Shown piece by piece: positions 19,919 to 29,614 of a stretch of 64,000 nucleotides of DNA (the first letter of the stretch is position 1; each line of letters begins with the position of its first letter). This DNA comes from Syntrophales bacterium. GTDB taxonomy: Bacteria; Desulfobacterota; Syntrophia; Syntrophales; PHBD01. The DNA lies in NCBI GenBank assembly GCA_963668175.1, contig OY764159.1, forward strand, positions 2,816,001-2,880,000, given 5' to 3'. The notes under the pieces are model-generated. The model did no database searches, was not told the DNA's origin, and was given only the letters and a program-made list of their open reading frames with translations. A program made the position numbers and the translations under genes.

Positions 19919-20509
19919 TTATTTACGGAACATCTTTCTTGCAACTGCCGCACCGGCCAGCCCGAGGCCGAGGAGAATCATGGTTGCCGGTTCGGGAACG
20001 GCGTTCGCCGGGTTCAGGTCATGCGTCGTAAAGGTGTAATTGTCCCCGTTGTTCAGGGGGGAACCGTGGGTGCTGGCGCCGTGTGTGCCGCCGTCGTACG
20101 TGACCGTCGTCCAGTCGATCAACACGTCGTTATTGTAGGCGTAGAACTCAAAGCTGAACGGCGTGCCGGCGTAACTCGGATCGATCCATAACCACCATGC
20201 CATGATATCCGTCGTGCTGCCCGTGGCGGTTACGATTTTACCCGAGGCATCCATGTTGACGCTCCAGGTTGGAAATACAGTGGCAAGGTTGTACGCCGTG
20301 CCGTAGATATCGATCGCGCTCTGGGTATAATCGGATCGAAGCTCCATACCCGGGCTGACAAATAATGCAACCGACGAAGTCTGGACCATTTTATTGAAGG
20401 GTCCCATGCCCCATTCGGCCATCAAAATGCCTTCCGCGAACGCACTGGAAGCCGTCATCAGGAAGAGAAACGCAAAAACAGCTGTTAACATCTTGAATTT
20501 CTTAATCAT
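19919..20509 (-). CDS. PEP-CTERM sorting domain protein 1
   Basis: Signal peptide; C-terminus VPEPATMILLGLGLAGAAVARKMFRK. Confidence 0.93.
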   Translation of the reverse strand: MIKKFKMLTAVFAFLFLMTASSAFAEGILMAEWGMGPFNKMVQTSSVALFVSPGMELRSDYTQSAIDIYGTAYNLATVFPTWSVNMDASGKIVTATGSTTDIMAWWLWIDPSYAGTPFSFEFYAYNNDVLIDWTTVTYDGGTHGASTHGSPLNNGDNYTFTTHDLNPANAVPEPATMILLGLGLAGAAVARKMFRK

Positions 20510-20548
20510 AGTTCACCCTAGCCTCCGAAAGAAATTTCCCGTGAATTT

Positions 20549-20727
20549 TGCAAGTTTCGCGCCATGATAGTAACTTGCTCATATTGTTTCAGTTCACTGG
20601 TTAAACGGAATTCGTCTTATATCGCGGATGTAAAATAATCAGACATGTATATTCCTATACATTATTGCGTAACCATATATTATTGCAAGCTTTAAAGAGA
20701 TACGAATAGATGTAATATCTATTTACA
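20549..20727 (-). promoter_or_regulatory. Sigma-54 promoter plus TGT-N11-ACA enhancer boxes (PEP-CTERM box)
   Basis: Minus strand TGGCGCGAAACTTGCA (20549-20564). Boxes TGTAAAATAATCAGACA (20629-20645) and TGTAATATCTATTTACA (20711-20727). Confidence 0.75.
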
Positions 20728-21410
20728 GCCTTATATTATTTACAGGTGCCTGCCGGCACATGCGATAAATCGACTGCGGCGCGAATTCGCTTATATTCTC
20801 CTTCCGGACGTCCCGTAATAAGCGCCAACAGCGCATTTTATTCCAGGTAATCACTCATGCGTAATACGATGCTAGACAATATAATAGAATCAGACGCTAC
20901 GTATTTTACATACAATTATAGGCGGTCCGTACAAGATCGATCCATATTATTAATTAATGTTATTAAGCGATAAAATCTCTTTCTTTTTTCAGAGCAGCCG
21001 TTTACAATAACAAATTCACCGGCTGTATCCCACGATTTCCGGTGCAGCTATGACCCGTATAACATATGGAACGTATTACAAAAACGTTGTAATCGGATGG
21101 TTTGTTTGACATAAAATATTGTGTGCCTCATTATAAATCCCGTATAGCGCTCAGTCCTATTCGTATTTCCTTCCATATCTCCAAGCTGGCAGCAAGACGT
21201 TAACGATGTCGGTCAAGGGCAGGCAGCTTCTTCACGGAATATCCGCCTTGGAGTGTGCGGTTAAGCCCGTGGAAGCCGAGGGATGAAGAATCGACGGACG
21301 CAAGCGTCGATATCCGGACGGTTGAGGCAACGAGGACGGAAGAGGCGGCGTTTCGTCATCCGTCTGAAAAAATATCTATGCATTTCGCATGAAGACTTGA
21401 TCGTCGGTTT

Positions 21411-23189
21411 TTGGAGGTCTTTCCGTCAGTGGAAGATGAAACGGTTTTGAGAAATCTGGAAAAGAGAATCGGGGAGTTGGATGAGGCCCTGGCAAAAGCT
21501 AAACAGGCCGAAGAAGCCTTGCGGGAAAGGGTCAAGGCGTTGGATTGCCTCTATGATATCTCCGATATCGTCGATGCGTCGGAATCCATTGAAGACATGC
21601 TGGAGAAGATTGTCGAGAGACTGCCGCATGGCTGGTCCTGCCCAGCCCGCGCCTGTGCGAAAATCAGGTTCGAAGATCGGGAATTCTCGACGGCAAATTA
21701 CGGAGAGACGCCTTGGCGTCTGTCGGAGGACATCCTTGTTCACGGCAGGAAGCTCGGAGAGATCGCCGTGTCCTATCTCGTCCGGAGGCCCGAAAGGGAC
21801 GAGGGGCCCTTCCTGAACGAGGAGCGGAAGCTGATCCGTGTCGTCGCCGCCCGTCTCGGGAGGGTCATCGAGCGCAGGCAGGCGGCGGGGGCGCTTCTGG
21901 AAAGCGAAGAAAGGAATCGCCGCCTGTACGAGAACGAGATGATGGCGATCTGCATTTTCGATGCCGAGACCCTGCGTTTTCTCGATGCCAACGAGACCTT
22001 CGTCAGGCTGTACGGATACGAAAAGGCGGAGCTGCTGAGGGGCATGGGCGCTCCCGACATCTCCGCCGAGAAGGAAGAAACATGGCGATTCATCGAAAGG
22101 ATGTTGTCGTCGGCAAGATCGCATTACGTATCCAAAAGGATGCACCGCAAGAAGAACGGCGACCTCTTCCCCGTGGAAGCCATCGTCATGCCGTCGTTTT
22201 TAAAGGGCAGAAGCATATTCTATGTCATGGCCCGGGACATCACCGAACGCATCGACGCGGAGAAAACGTTGGCCGCCTATCGCGACAATCTGGAAAGAAC
22301 GGTCCGCGAGAGGACGCAGAGGCTTGAAGAGATCAATCGATCCCTGGAAGAAGAAATCATGAAAAGAAACGGGATCGAATCGAAATGGGAAAGGGCGGAG
22401 TTCATCACGAACAGCTCCCGGGAATTGATGACGCTTGTCAGCAGGCGGTACGTTTTCAAAGCCGTCAACGACGCCTTTTGCGCCGCCATAGGCAAAACGC
22501 GCGAACAGATCATCGAGACGAACCTGGCGAAGATTTCGGGCAGGAACAGGTTTTACAGGGTCATGAAGCCGAAGATCGACGGATGTCTGAAAGGCCGGGC
22601 CATCGACGAGGAGGAATGGATCGATTACCCCGTTCTCGGCAGGAGGTATTTCAAGGTCAGCTACGCCCCTTATTGCGGACCGGACGGCGAGGTGACGCAT
22701 GTCTCGATTATCTTCCACGATATGACGGAACGGAAAAAGGCGGAGGACGACCTGCGGGCGAGGTCGCGGGAGCTTGAGGAGACCAATACGGCCTTGCATG
22801 TCGTTATCAGGAAGATTTCCGAGAAAGAAGATATCACGGAGGAGAAGATCAGGTACAACGTCAACGAGATGGTCATACCCTACATCGAGAAGCTGAAACA
22901 GCAACTGACGGGAAAGAGAATGTTTCCCGTCGTGGAGACGCTGGAGAAGAATCTTTATAATATCGTTTCGCCCCTCATGAGAAATCTTTCCGTCAACCGA
23001 AGCCGGCTGACGCCCCAGGAGATGCATATCGCGGAATTGATCAAGCAGGGCAAAACTTCCCAGGAAATCGCGATGCTGCTGAACATTTCCGTCCGCACGG
23101 TGGGAACGCACCGCAACAACATAAGAAAGAAACTGAAACTCACAAACCAGAAAGATTCCCTGAAATCTTCCCTCCTTTCCCTGTCGTGA
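21411..23189 (+). CDS. Multi-PAS sensor with C-terminal LuxR-type HTH
   Basis: GAF-like start, two PAS domains (ARDITER, FHDMTERK), then LTPQEMHIAELIKQGKTSQEIA...VGTHRNNIRKKL. Start codon uncertain. Confidence 0.9.
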   Translation: MEVFPSVEDETVLRNLEKRIGELDEALAKAKQAEEALRERVKALDCLYDISDIVDASESIEDMLEKIVERLPHGWSCPARACAKIRFEDREFSTANYGETPWRLSEDILVHGRKLGEIAVSYLVRRPERDEGPFLNEERKLIRVVAARLGRVIERRQAAGALLESEERNRRLYENEMMAICIFDAETLRFLDANETFVRLYGYEKAELLRGMGAPDISAEKEETWRFIERMLSSARSHYVSKRMHRKKNGDLFPVEAIVMPSFLKGRSIFYVMARDITERIDAEKTLAAYRDNLERTVRERTQRLEEINRSLEEEIMKRNGIESKWERAEFITNSSRELMTLVSRRYVFKAVNDAFCAAIGKTREQIIETNLAKISGRNRFYRVMKPKIDGCLKGRAIDEEEWIDYPVLGRRYFKVSYAPYCGPDGEVTHVSIIFHDMTERKKAEDDLRARSRELEETNTALHVVIRKISEKEDITEEKIRYNVNEMVIPYIEKLKQQLTGKRMFPVVETLEKNLYNIVSPLMRNLSVNRSRLTPQEMHIAELIKQGKTSQEIAMLLNISVRTVGTHRNNIRKKLKLTNQKDSLKSSLLSLS

Positions 23190-23976
23190 CCCATCCCCTG
23201 AGTAAGCAGTGCGTACGCACTATTTAAGTATTGACGACAAATCGTTTCTCCTTGAAAATAATAAACAATTCAAAACGCTATATAGAAGTTTGGTAGAAGT
23301 TGTACCGTCCGCCTCACATTCGTCAAGGCGGAGGGATGCCGGCCGCAGCGGAAGTTCCGCGGCGGAAGATATGTTAAGCGCATAAAGCAATAATATTTCG
23401 CAGAAATCGAGTCAAGTCAAAGCGACGCACTGATCGGCTGTTTCATGCTCTGTCCTCCCGGATTCGGAGGTGCAGCACCACAGGCCAATCGGAAAGGGGA
23501 ATCTTAAGGGGCCGGGCAAAGCGAATCGATCAGTTGCAGCATCAGCGAACACATTCATAAAGGGCAGTTCCTGTTTTCACTTCCTTCCTGAAAGCATTCC
23601 GTCACCGAAGCGAGGATAGCCGTGAAAACGCGATCCGCAAGGACGACGGTCCGCGCCGGCGTCCCCGGATCGGGAGTTTTATCGCCGTGCCGCGAATTTC
23701 CGCAGCAACCCCCTATCGATATCCGTAAGCCGGAGCGGACCCCGAAAGGAAACGAGGTCGCGCCTGACAGCCGGCCCCGGAGACAGGCCCGCCGCATTAT
23801 GAAACCCGGGGAGCGGGACGCCCCGGACATGACGGTGACGAACGATCCGTGACCTGCGTAACGGCAAAGCGGGAATTCGGGAATGGAGGAGCATTCCCTG
23901 AAAAACACGGCCGCGTCTTGCGACCGGTTCAATAAGTATCGGAGTATATTCCGAATCATGAAAGGAGAAACGAGGG

Positions 23977-25545
23977 ATGAGACAACTGAAACTGAGCGTG
24001 AAATTGTGGGGCGGGTTTGCAATCGTTTTGGTCCTGCTTTGCGCAGTCGGGTATGTCGGGGTCAGCAGACTCGGACATCTGAGCGAGGAAGTGAACGACG
24101 TGGCCAACATAAGAGTCCCGGAACTTATAGTACTTTACGATATCATGGAAGATTTCGATATGATGGCCCGGACGGTGCGTTCCCTGCCGCTCACGTCGGA
24201 CCCGGAGATGAATAAGAGCCTGAAGGAGGCCTACTACAAGGCGAAGGAAGAGTTGCTCCAACAGGATATTCCGACGCTCGAAAAAATGCTGGTGACGGCC
24301 AAGGGCAAGGAGCAGGTTGTGCTCATCAAGGCGAGCGTTGCAGATGTTATCGTCCTGAACGACAAAGCCGTGGAAGCAGGCGCCGCCAACAGGAACGAGG
24401 AAGCGGCGGATATCGTCATCAAGCAGATCGTGCCCGTCCAGGCGAAGTTCTTGAAATGCCTAAAAGATTTCCAGGAGAACCTGGCGAAGACGTCGAAGCA
24501 GGACGCCGCCGATGCCGTGAACGCGGCCACGACAGGACGGATCACCATGATCGTTATCGCCCTTGTCGCCCTGGCGGTCGGCATAGTGATCGCGTTCTTT
24601 CTCGTGCGCGGCATCACCCGCCCCCTGAACAGGGTCATCGCCGGGTTGAGCGACGGGGCCGATCAGGTTGCGGCGGCGGCCTCCCAGGTATCCACGGCGG
24701 GACAGTCTCTTGCCGAGGGGACCGCGGAGCAGGCGTCGGCGCTGGAAGAGACGTCGTCCTCCATGGAAGAGATGTCGTCCATGACCAAACGGAACGCCGA
24801 TAACGCCGCCGAGGCCAAGGCCCTGACGCATGAATCGAAAGAGGTTGTGGAGAAGGTCGACGGCCAGATGAAAGGCATGGTGGACGCCGTGCAGGCCATC
24901 AACAAGTCGAGCGAGGAAACGGGAAAGATCATCAAGACCATCGACGAAATCGCCTTCCAGACGAATCTGCTCGCGCTGAACGCGGCCGTCGAGGCGGCCC
25001 GCGCGGGAGAGGCGGGCGCAGGCTTCGCCGTCGTGGCGGACGAAGTCAGGAATCTCGCCATGAGGGCGGCGGAGGCCGCCAAGAACACGAGCAGCCTGAT
25101 CGAGGATACGATCAAGGCCGTGCAGAAGGGCAACGAATTGACGACGGCCACCCAGGAGGCCTTCAAGGAGAATGCGGAGCTCGCCATGAAGGTCGGCCAG
25201 CTGGTGGACGAAATCGCATCCGCCTCGGAGGAACAGTCGCGGGGCATTTCGCAGGTCAGCACCGCCGTCTTGGAGATGGACAAAGTGACGCAGGCGACGG
25301 CGGCCAACGCCGAGGAGTCCGCTGCCGCCGCCGAGGAACTCAACGCCCAGGCGGAGCAGATGAAGGTGTATGTCGGCGATCTGATAACCCTAGTCGGCGG
25401 AAGCGGCGCGAGCAAGGCGACATTGTCTTCCGCCCCGAAGGTATCCTCCGGACTCAGGAAAACGTTGGCCAAACGGGTTTCCCGGAAATCTGTCGACGCG
25501 GAAAAGATTATCCCCTTGAAAGACGACGGCTTCAGCGATTTCTAA
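23977..25545 (+). CDS. Methyl-accepting chemotaxis protein (four-helix-bundle sensor)
   Basis: Two TM segments; [37 protein letters not shown]. Confidence 0.96.
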   Translation: MRQLKLSVKLWGGFAIVLVLLCAVGYVGVSRLGHLSEEVNDVANIRVPELIVLYDIMEDFDMMARTVRSLPLTSDPEMNKSLKEAYYKAKEELLQQDIPTLEKMLVTAKGKEQVVLIKASVADVIVLNDKAVEAGAANRNEEAADIVIKQIVPVQAKFLKCLKDFQENLAKTSKQDAADAVNAATTGRITMIVIALVALAVGIVIAFFLVRGITRPLNRVIAGLSDGADQVAAAASQVSTAGQSLAEGTAEQASALEETSSSMEEMSSMTKRNADNAAEAKALTHESKEVVEKVDGQMKGMVDAVQAINKSSEETGKIIKTIDEIAFQTNLLALNAAVEAARAGEAGAGFAVVADEVRNLAMRAAEAAKNTSSLIEDTIKAVQKGNELTTATQEAFKENAELAMKVGQLVDEIASASEEQSRGISQVSTAVLEMDKVTQATAANAEESAAAAEELNAQAEQMKVYVGDLITLVGGSGASKATLSSAPKVSSGLRKTLAKRVSRKSVDAEKIIPLKDDGFSDF

Positions 25546-25907
25546 TCATAGATCCCGCCGCCGGACAGCAAAAATGCCGCGTCGTCAGTTTTCGAATCGG
25601 ACATTAACGATACCGGCCCGGGGCGGGGATTGAGACATGTTATTCCCGGACGGCCTCCGAGCGGGCCGGACCGGTAGGACATCCAGGATGTGGAACGAAA
25701 GGGCGGTATCGGCGCGGCCGATGCTGCCTTTTTGTTTGACTGTATTTATGATCTGTCGGTGTTATCAGATGCGGAGCGCGGGCAGGAAGACGGTCCGCCC
25801 CTCAGTCCTCGAACAAGCCGGGGAAGGCAGCGTGTCCGGCCCGCTGGAAACGAAAAAGGCAGAGCCCGAAGACACTGCCTTTCTTTTCGTTGTTCTCGGA
25901 ATGAGAT

Positions 25908-26495
25908 TTATTTGCGGAACTTCTTTCGTACGACCGCAATACCGGCCAGCCCGAGGCCGAGGAGCATCATGGTCGCCGGTTCGGGAACGGCGTTGGCCTG
26001 CGGCGTGAGCGAGAAATCGACAGAACCAACGTACAATTGGGTATATTGCCCATCTATAGTATCCCAGCCGTTCCAAAGGTACATGCCGTATTTCCCCTCG
26101 CTGTACCAGAAATTCAAGTAGATATCGCCGGTGTTAAACATCAGTCCCCAGTTATCGAGATACGGCTGGGAGCCGTAAAACAGATTATTGTAGTCCATGA
26201 CAAGGTTTCCTCCGCCGGGGGGAACAACTTCCCAATGGGTAGCCGGAACCGAGCCGTCCGCCAATCTGATTGCAAGCGTTCCCAGCCCATTGATCGTGGC
26301 GGAACCGGATGTGATCAGGAAGGTCCCGCCGCCCTGGTCGGTGCCATTTATCGTTCCACTGCCGCTGGCGATTAACGTTCCGATGTCGCCGGTGTGGCCC
26401 GCGTTGGAAAACGTAAAGCTGAACTGTTCCGCTCCCGCCTGACCTACGCACATGAACAAAAGAGCCAATACGAAAAATATTTTAATGCTTTTCAA
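25908..26495 (-). CDS. PEP-CTERM sorting domain protein 2
   Basis: TTG start after RBS GAGGAGG; signal peptide; VPEPATMMLLGLGLAGIAVVRKKFRK. Confidence 0.92.
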   Translation of the reverse strand: MKSIKIFFVLALLFMCVGQAGAEQFSFTFSNAGHTGDIGTLIASGSGTINGTDQGGGTFLITSGSATINGLGTLAIRLADGSVPATHWEVVPPGGGNLVMDYNNLFYGSQPYLDNWGLMFNTGDIYLNFWYSEGKYGMYLWNGWDTIDGQYTQLYVGSVDFSLTPQANAVPEPATMMLLGLGLAGIAVVRKKFRK

Positions 26496-26560
26496 AATCG
26501 TCCCCTCCTCGGTCGAATGATTTCTGCCCCTCACCGGCAGGTTTTATATGATTTCTTCTC

Positions 26561-26835
26561 TACACTTTTCATGCCAGACCCGGTCGTGTTACTTATATTA
26601 TCCTCACATAAGAAGTAACGGCCTGATTTGGCAATATATATATTATAGAGCCGGATCGACTTCGGGCGTTTACGGTAGTTTTATGGGAGTATTCCGGGAC
26701 TGGACATGTAAACAATCCCGACAGGTCGATGCCTCTCCAACCGTGCATTTCGGCTCCGGATTTCAAAATAAATCGATGATACTCATAAGTTATAGTCGCC
26801 GGCCGGGGATGAGGCAACTGTAAAATATCCCGACA
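26561..26835 (-). promoter_or_regulatory. Variant sigma-54 promoter plus two PEP-CTERM boxes
   Basis: Minus strand TGGCATGAAAAGTGTA (26561-26576). Boxes TGTAAACAATCCCGACA (26707-26723) and TGTAAAATATCCCGACA (26819-26835). Confidence 0.7.
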
Positions 26836-27077
26836 CAGGAGTGACACTTTCGAAGGAAACGGCAGCCGGTCATTCCGGGGCCGTCATACTGAATTGCCGG
26901 ATACAACAGGATCGAAGCGAGATAAAATGTAATATCATGATGATATTTTAAAACAATAGGCCTCGTTTCGGCCGGCCGGCGCTGTCGATCGGGAGTAAAA
27001 AAGAGATTTTAGGCCGATCGATGCGTCATAAATGTCATGACTGACGCAAAGCGAGGCTTAGGACATCGCCCTGCCCC

Positions 27078-27518
27078 TCAATCATCGAGAAGCCCGGAGA
27101 AGTAGGGCTTGGATGTCCCCTTCTCGAAGGCTGTGTGGGAGACGGTGCCGTCGGGGTTGACGAAGAAGATGAGGGAGTCGTACTGGAGGAGGTTGCCGTA
27201 GGCGGAGAGGCTCGCGGAGACGCCGCTCACGTTGCTGAAGGGGATGCCGAAGGATATCTGGTTCGCCCGGTAGTGGGCCCTGTGATACAGGAGGGCCGTC
27301 CGGCCTTCCAGGTCCACGACGTCGGCGGGGGCGCCGTACTTGGCGAGGACCTCGTCCAGCGTCGCCTTGCCGGACATGAATTCCTCCGCCGCGGGCGACA
27401 TGGCCTTGCCGTCGTTCACGCGGATGACGCGGAACGTCACGCAGCCCGCCACAAGCGGCAGGACGACGAGCGCCAGCAGCAGAAAGGCGAAGGGACCCTT
27501 TTTAGAAAGGCAGGCCAT
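27078..27518 (-). CDS. Lipoprotein, SmpA/OmlA (BamE)-like
   Basis: Lipobox VAGC; GKATLDEVLAKYGAP. Confidence 0.65.
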   Translation of the reverse strand: MACLSKKGPFAFLLLALVVLPLVAGCVTFRVIRVNDGKAMSPAAEEFMSGKATLDEVLAKYGAPADVVDLEGRTALLYHRAHYRANQISFGIPFSNVSGVSASLSAYGNLLQYDSLIFFVNPDGTVSHTAFEKGTSKPYFSGLLDD

Positions 27519-27882
27519 AGGCGGCATCGGCGGCTTCCAGGGACCGCCCGTAGTTTGTTACGACGTCGTTGTTGTTGAGGAAAAAGACGAGCCGGTCGTG
27601 CTGGGTGTCCATGTCGATGAAGGTGACGAGGACGAGCCACAGCCCCAGGCTCTTGCTTACGTTGCGGTTGTAAAGGTATGCGTTGCCGTTGGAGAGCTTG
27701 ACGACGGCATTGGGGGCGCCGAAGAGCTTGGTCAGCTCCTGGGCCGTCGTCTTGCCCGGCGTCACCTGGGTCAGGAGCTGCTGGTCGAAGGCTTTGAAAT
27801 CCTTGCTCCTTCCGAAAATGGCGCACCCGCTCAGCAGGGCGGCCGCAACCATCACCGCAATCAGCCTTCTGCCTGTCTTCAT
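27502..27882 (-). CDS. Lipoprotein, SmpA/OmlA (BamE)-like
   Basis: Lipobox LSGC; PGKTTAQELTKLFGAP. Confidence 0.7.
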   Translation of the reverse strand: MKTGRRLIAVMVAAALLSGCAIFGRSKDFKAFDQQLLTQVTPGKTTAQELTKLFGAPNAVVKLSNGNAYLYNRNVSKSLGLWLVLVTFIDMDTQHDRLVFFLNNNDVVTNYGRSLEAADAAYGLPF

Positions 27883-27991
27883 CCGTCCTCCCCCTTTCAA
27901 GCCGGCCTCGGTTGCGCCGGACGTTTCAGTATATCCCTTTTCCCGGAAAAAGTCACGCTATCGTCAGGGCGGCCGCAGTCCAAACGGGAGG

Positions 27992-28939
27992 CTAGAGGTC
28001 CTCCTCCGCCAGCTTCTTGATCAGCTGCGCTTGTTTGTCGTTCAGCTTGCGCGGAACGTTGATGCTGATCTTGACGTACTGGTCCCCCTTGGTTGCGCCC
28101 TTGAGGCCGGGGACGCCCAGGCCCTTCAGCCTGACCTTCGTGTTGTTCTGCGTCCCGGGCGGTATCTTCACGCGCTTGATCGAGCCGTCCAGGGTCGGGA
28201 CCTCGATGGACGTTCCCAGGACCGCCTGGCTGAAATTGATGGACTTTTCTATATACAGGTCGTTGCCGTCCCGGGAAAAGAGCGGGTGCGGCTGCACGGT
28301 GATGTTGAGGTATAAGTCGCCCGCGGGGCCTCCCACGGAACCCGGCGAGCCCTTCTCCGCGAGGCGGAGCTTTTTCCCCGTCGCTATGCCCGGCGGGACC
28401 TTGATGTTGATCTCCTCGACGCGGTCTTCCTTCTGGAGGGCGAGCTTCTTCTCCGCCCCAAAGACGGATTCTTCCAGGGATATGGACAGGTTGTAGTGGA
28501 GGTCCTGCCCTTTCTGGGGCTGTCGCCGGTACGGCTGCTGGCCGCCCAGGAAATCGCTGAACGGGTCCTCTTCCGTGTGCTGCTGGAACCCGCCGCCTGG
28601 CCGCCTTCGTCCTCCGGTGCTGTAGCGGAAGGTCCCTCCCCCGCCGCCGAACCCGAATTCGCGCAGGATTTCGGAAAAATCGAAATTCCGGAAGATGTCT
28701 TCCTGCGAGTATCGCTGGCTGAACTGATCGGAGCCGAAATTGTCGTATTGTTTACGTTTATCCGCGTCGGAAAGGACGGCGTAGGCCTCGCTGATCCTCT
28801 TGAACTTCTCTTCCGCCTCCTTGTTGTTGGGGTTGCGGTCGGGATGGAACTTCAGGGCCAGCTTCCTGTAGGCCTTCTTGATGTCGTCCGCCGTTGCGGT
28901 CTTTTCGACGCCCAGTGTCTTGTAATAGTCTTCCGCCAT
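27992..28939 (-). CDS. Class II J-domain co-chaperone (CbpA/DnaJ-like, no zinc finger)
   Basis: J domain with HPD, G/F-rich linker and DnaJ_C; no CxxCxGxG repeats. Confidence 0.93.
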   Translation of the reverse strand: MAEDYYKTLGVEKTATADDIKKAYRKLALKFHPDRNPNNKEAEEKFKRISEAYAVLSDADKRKQYDNFGSDQFSQRYSQEDIFRNFDFSEILREFGFGGGGGTFRYSTGGRRRPGGGFQQHTEEDPFSDFLGGQQPYRRQPQKGQDLHYNLSISLEESVFGAEKKLALQKEDRVEEINIKVPPGIATGKKLRLAEKGSPGSVGGPAGDLYLNITVQPHPLFSRDGNDLYIEKSINFSQAVLGTSIEVPTLDGSIKRVKIPPGTQNNTKVRLKGLGVPGLKGATKGDQYVKISINVPRKLNDKQAQLIKKLAEEDL

Positions 28940-29031
28940 AGTCTCCGTTTGAATATTGCCTTTTTTCAGTAATTTTGTATTACTCTAACAATATTCATTA
29001 ACCCGCGAATGTCAAGGTTTGCGCCCGAGGA

Positions 29032-29610
29032 TCAGGCCTTTTTACCCAGGTGGAACGCCCGGATGTTCGCCTCCACGAGCTTGGGAGGGAACGACGACTT
29101 CAGCGCCTTTTCCCATAACGCATCCTCAAAAGTCAGGTGCGAAGCGAGCGCTCCGAGCACGACCGTGTTTGCGGTCCGGGGATTTCCCGCCTGCTCCGCC
29201 AGTTCCGTGGCCTTGATGTAATGGACGGTCTTGAAGAGCTTCTTCACCTTCTCCAGGATATCGCCGGGGTAAGACGCGTCGCCCAGGTTGACGACCGGGG
29301 GATTGAAACGCTCTTCGCTGACGATCACGATCCCGTCGGGCCTCAGGTAGTCGAGGTAGCGGAGCGCCTCCAGCGTTTCGAAGGCCACGAGCATTTCCAC
29401 GTCGCCCTTGCGGGCCAGGGGCGAATAGACCTTCTCGCCGAAGCAGACGTGGCTCGTCACACAGCCGCCCCTCTGGGCCATGCCGTGGACCTCGCTCTTT
29501 TTGGCGTCGAATCCCGCCTCCATCATGACTTCGCAGCAGATATCGCTCGCGCGCAGTATTCCCTGCCCTCCCACGCCGGCCAGCAGTATGTTTCTGACTT
29601 CATTCTTCAT
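29032..29610 (-). CDS. iorB: Indolepyruvate:ferredoxin oxidoreductase beta subunit
   Basis: AGVGGQG, SEVHGMAQRGG and NTVVLGA. Confidence 0.93.
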   Translation of the reverse strand: MKNEVRNILLAGVGGQGILRASDICCEVMMEAGFDAKKSEVHGMAQRGGCVTSHVCFGEKVYSPLARKGDVEMLVAFETLEALRYLDYLRPDGIVIVSEERFNPPVVNLGDASYPGDILEKVKKLFKTVHYIKATELAEQAGNPRTANTVVLGALASHLTFEDALWEKALKSSFPPKLVEANIRAFHLGKKA

Positions 29611-29614
29611 CGGA

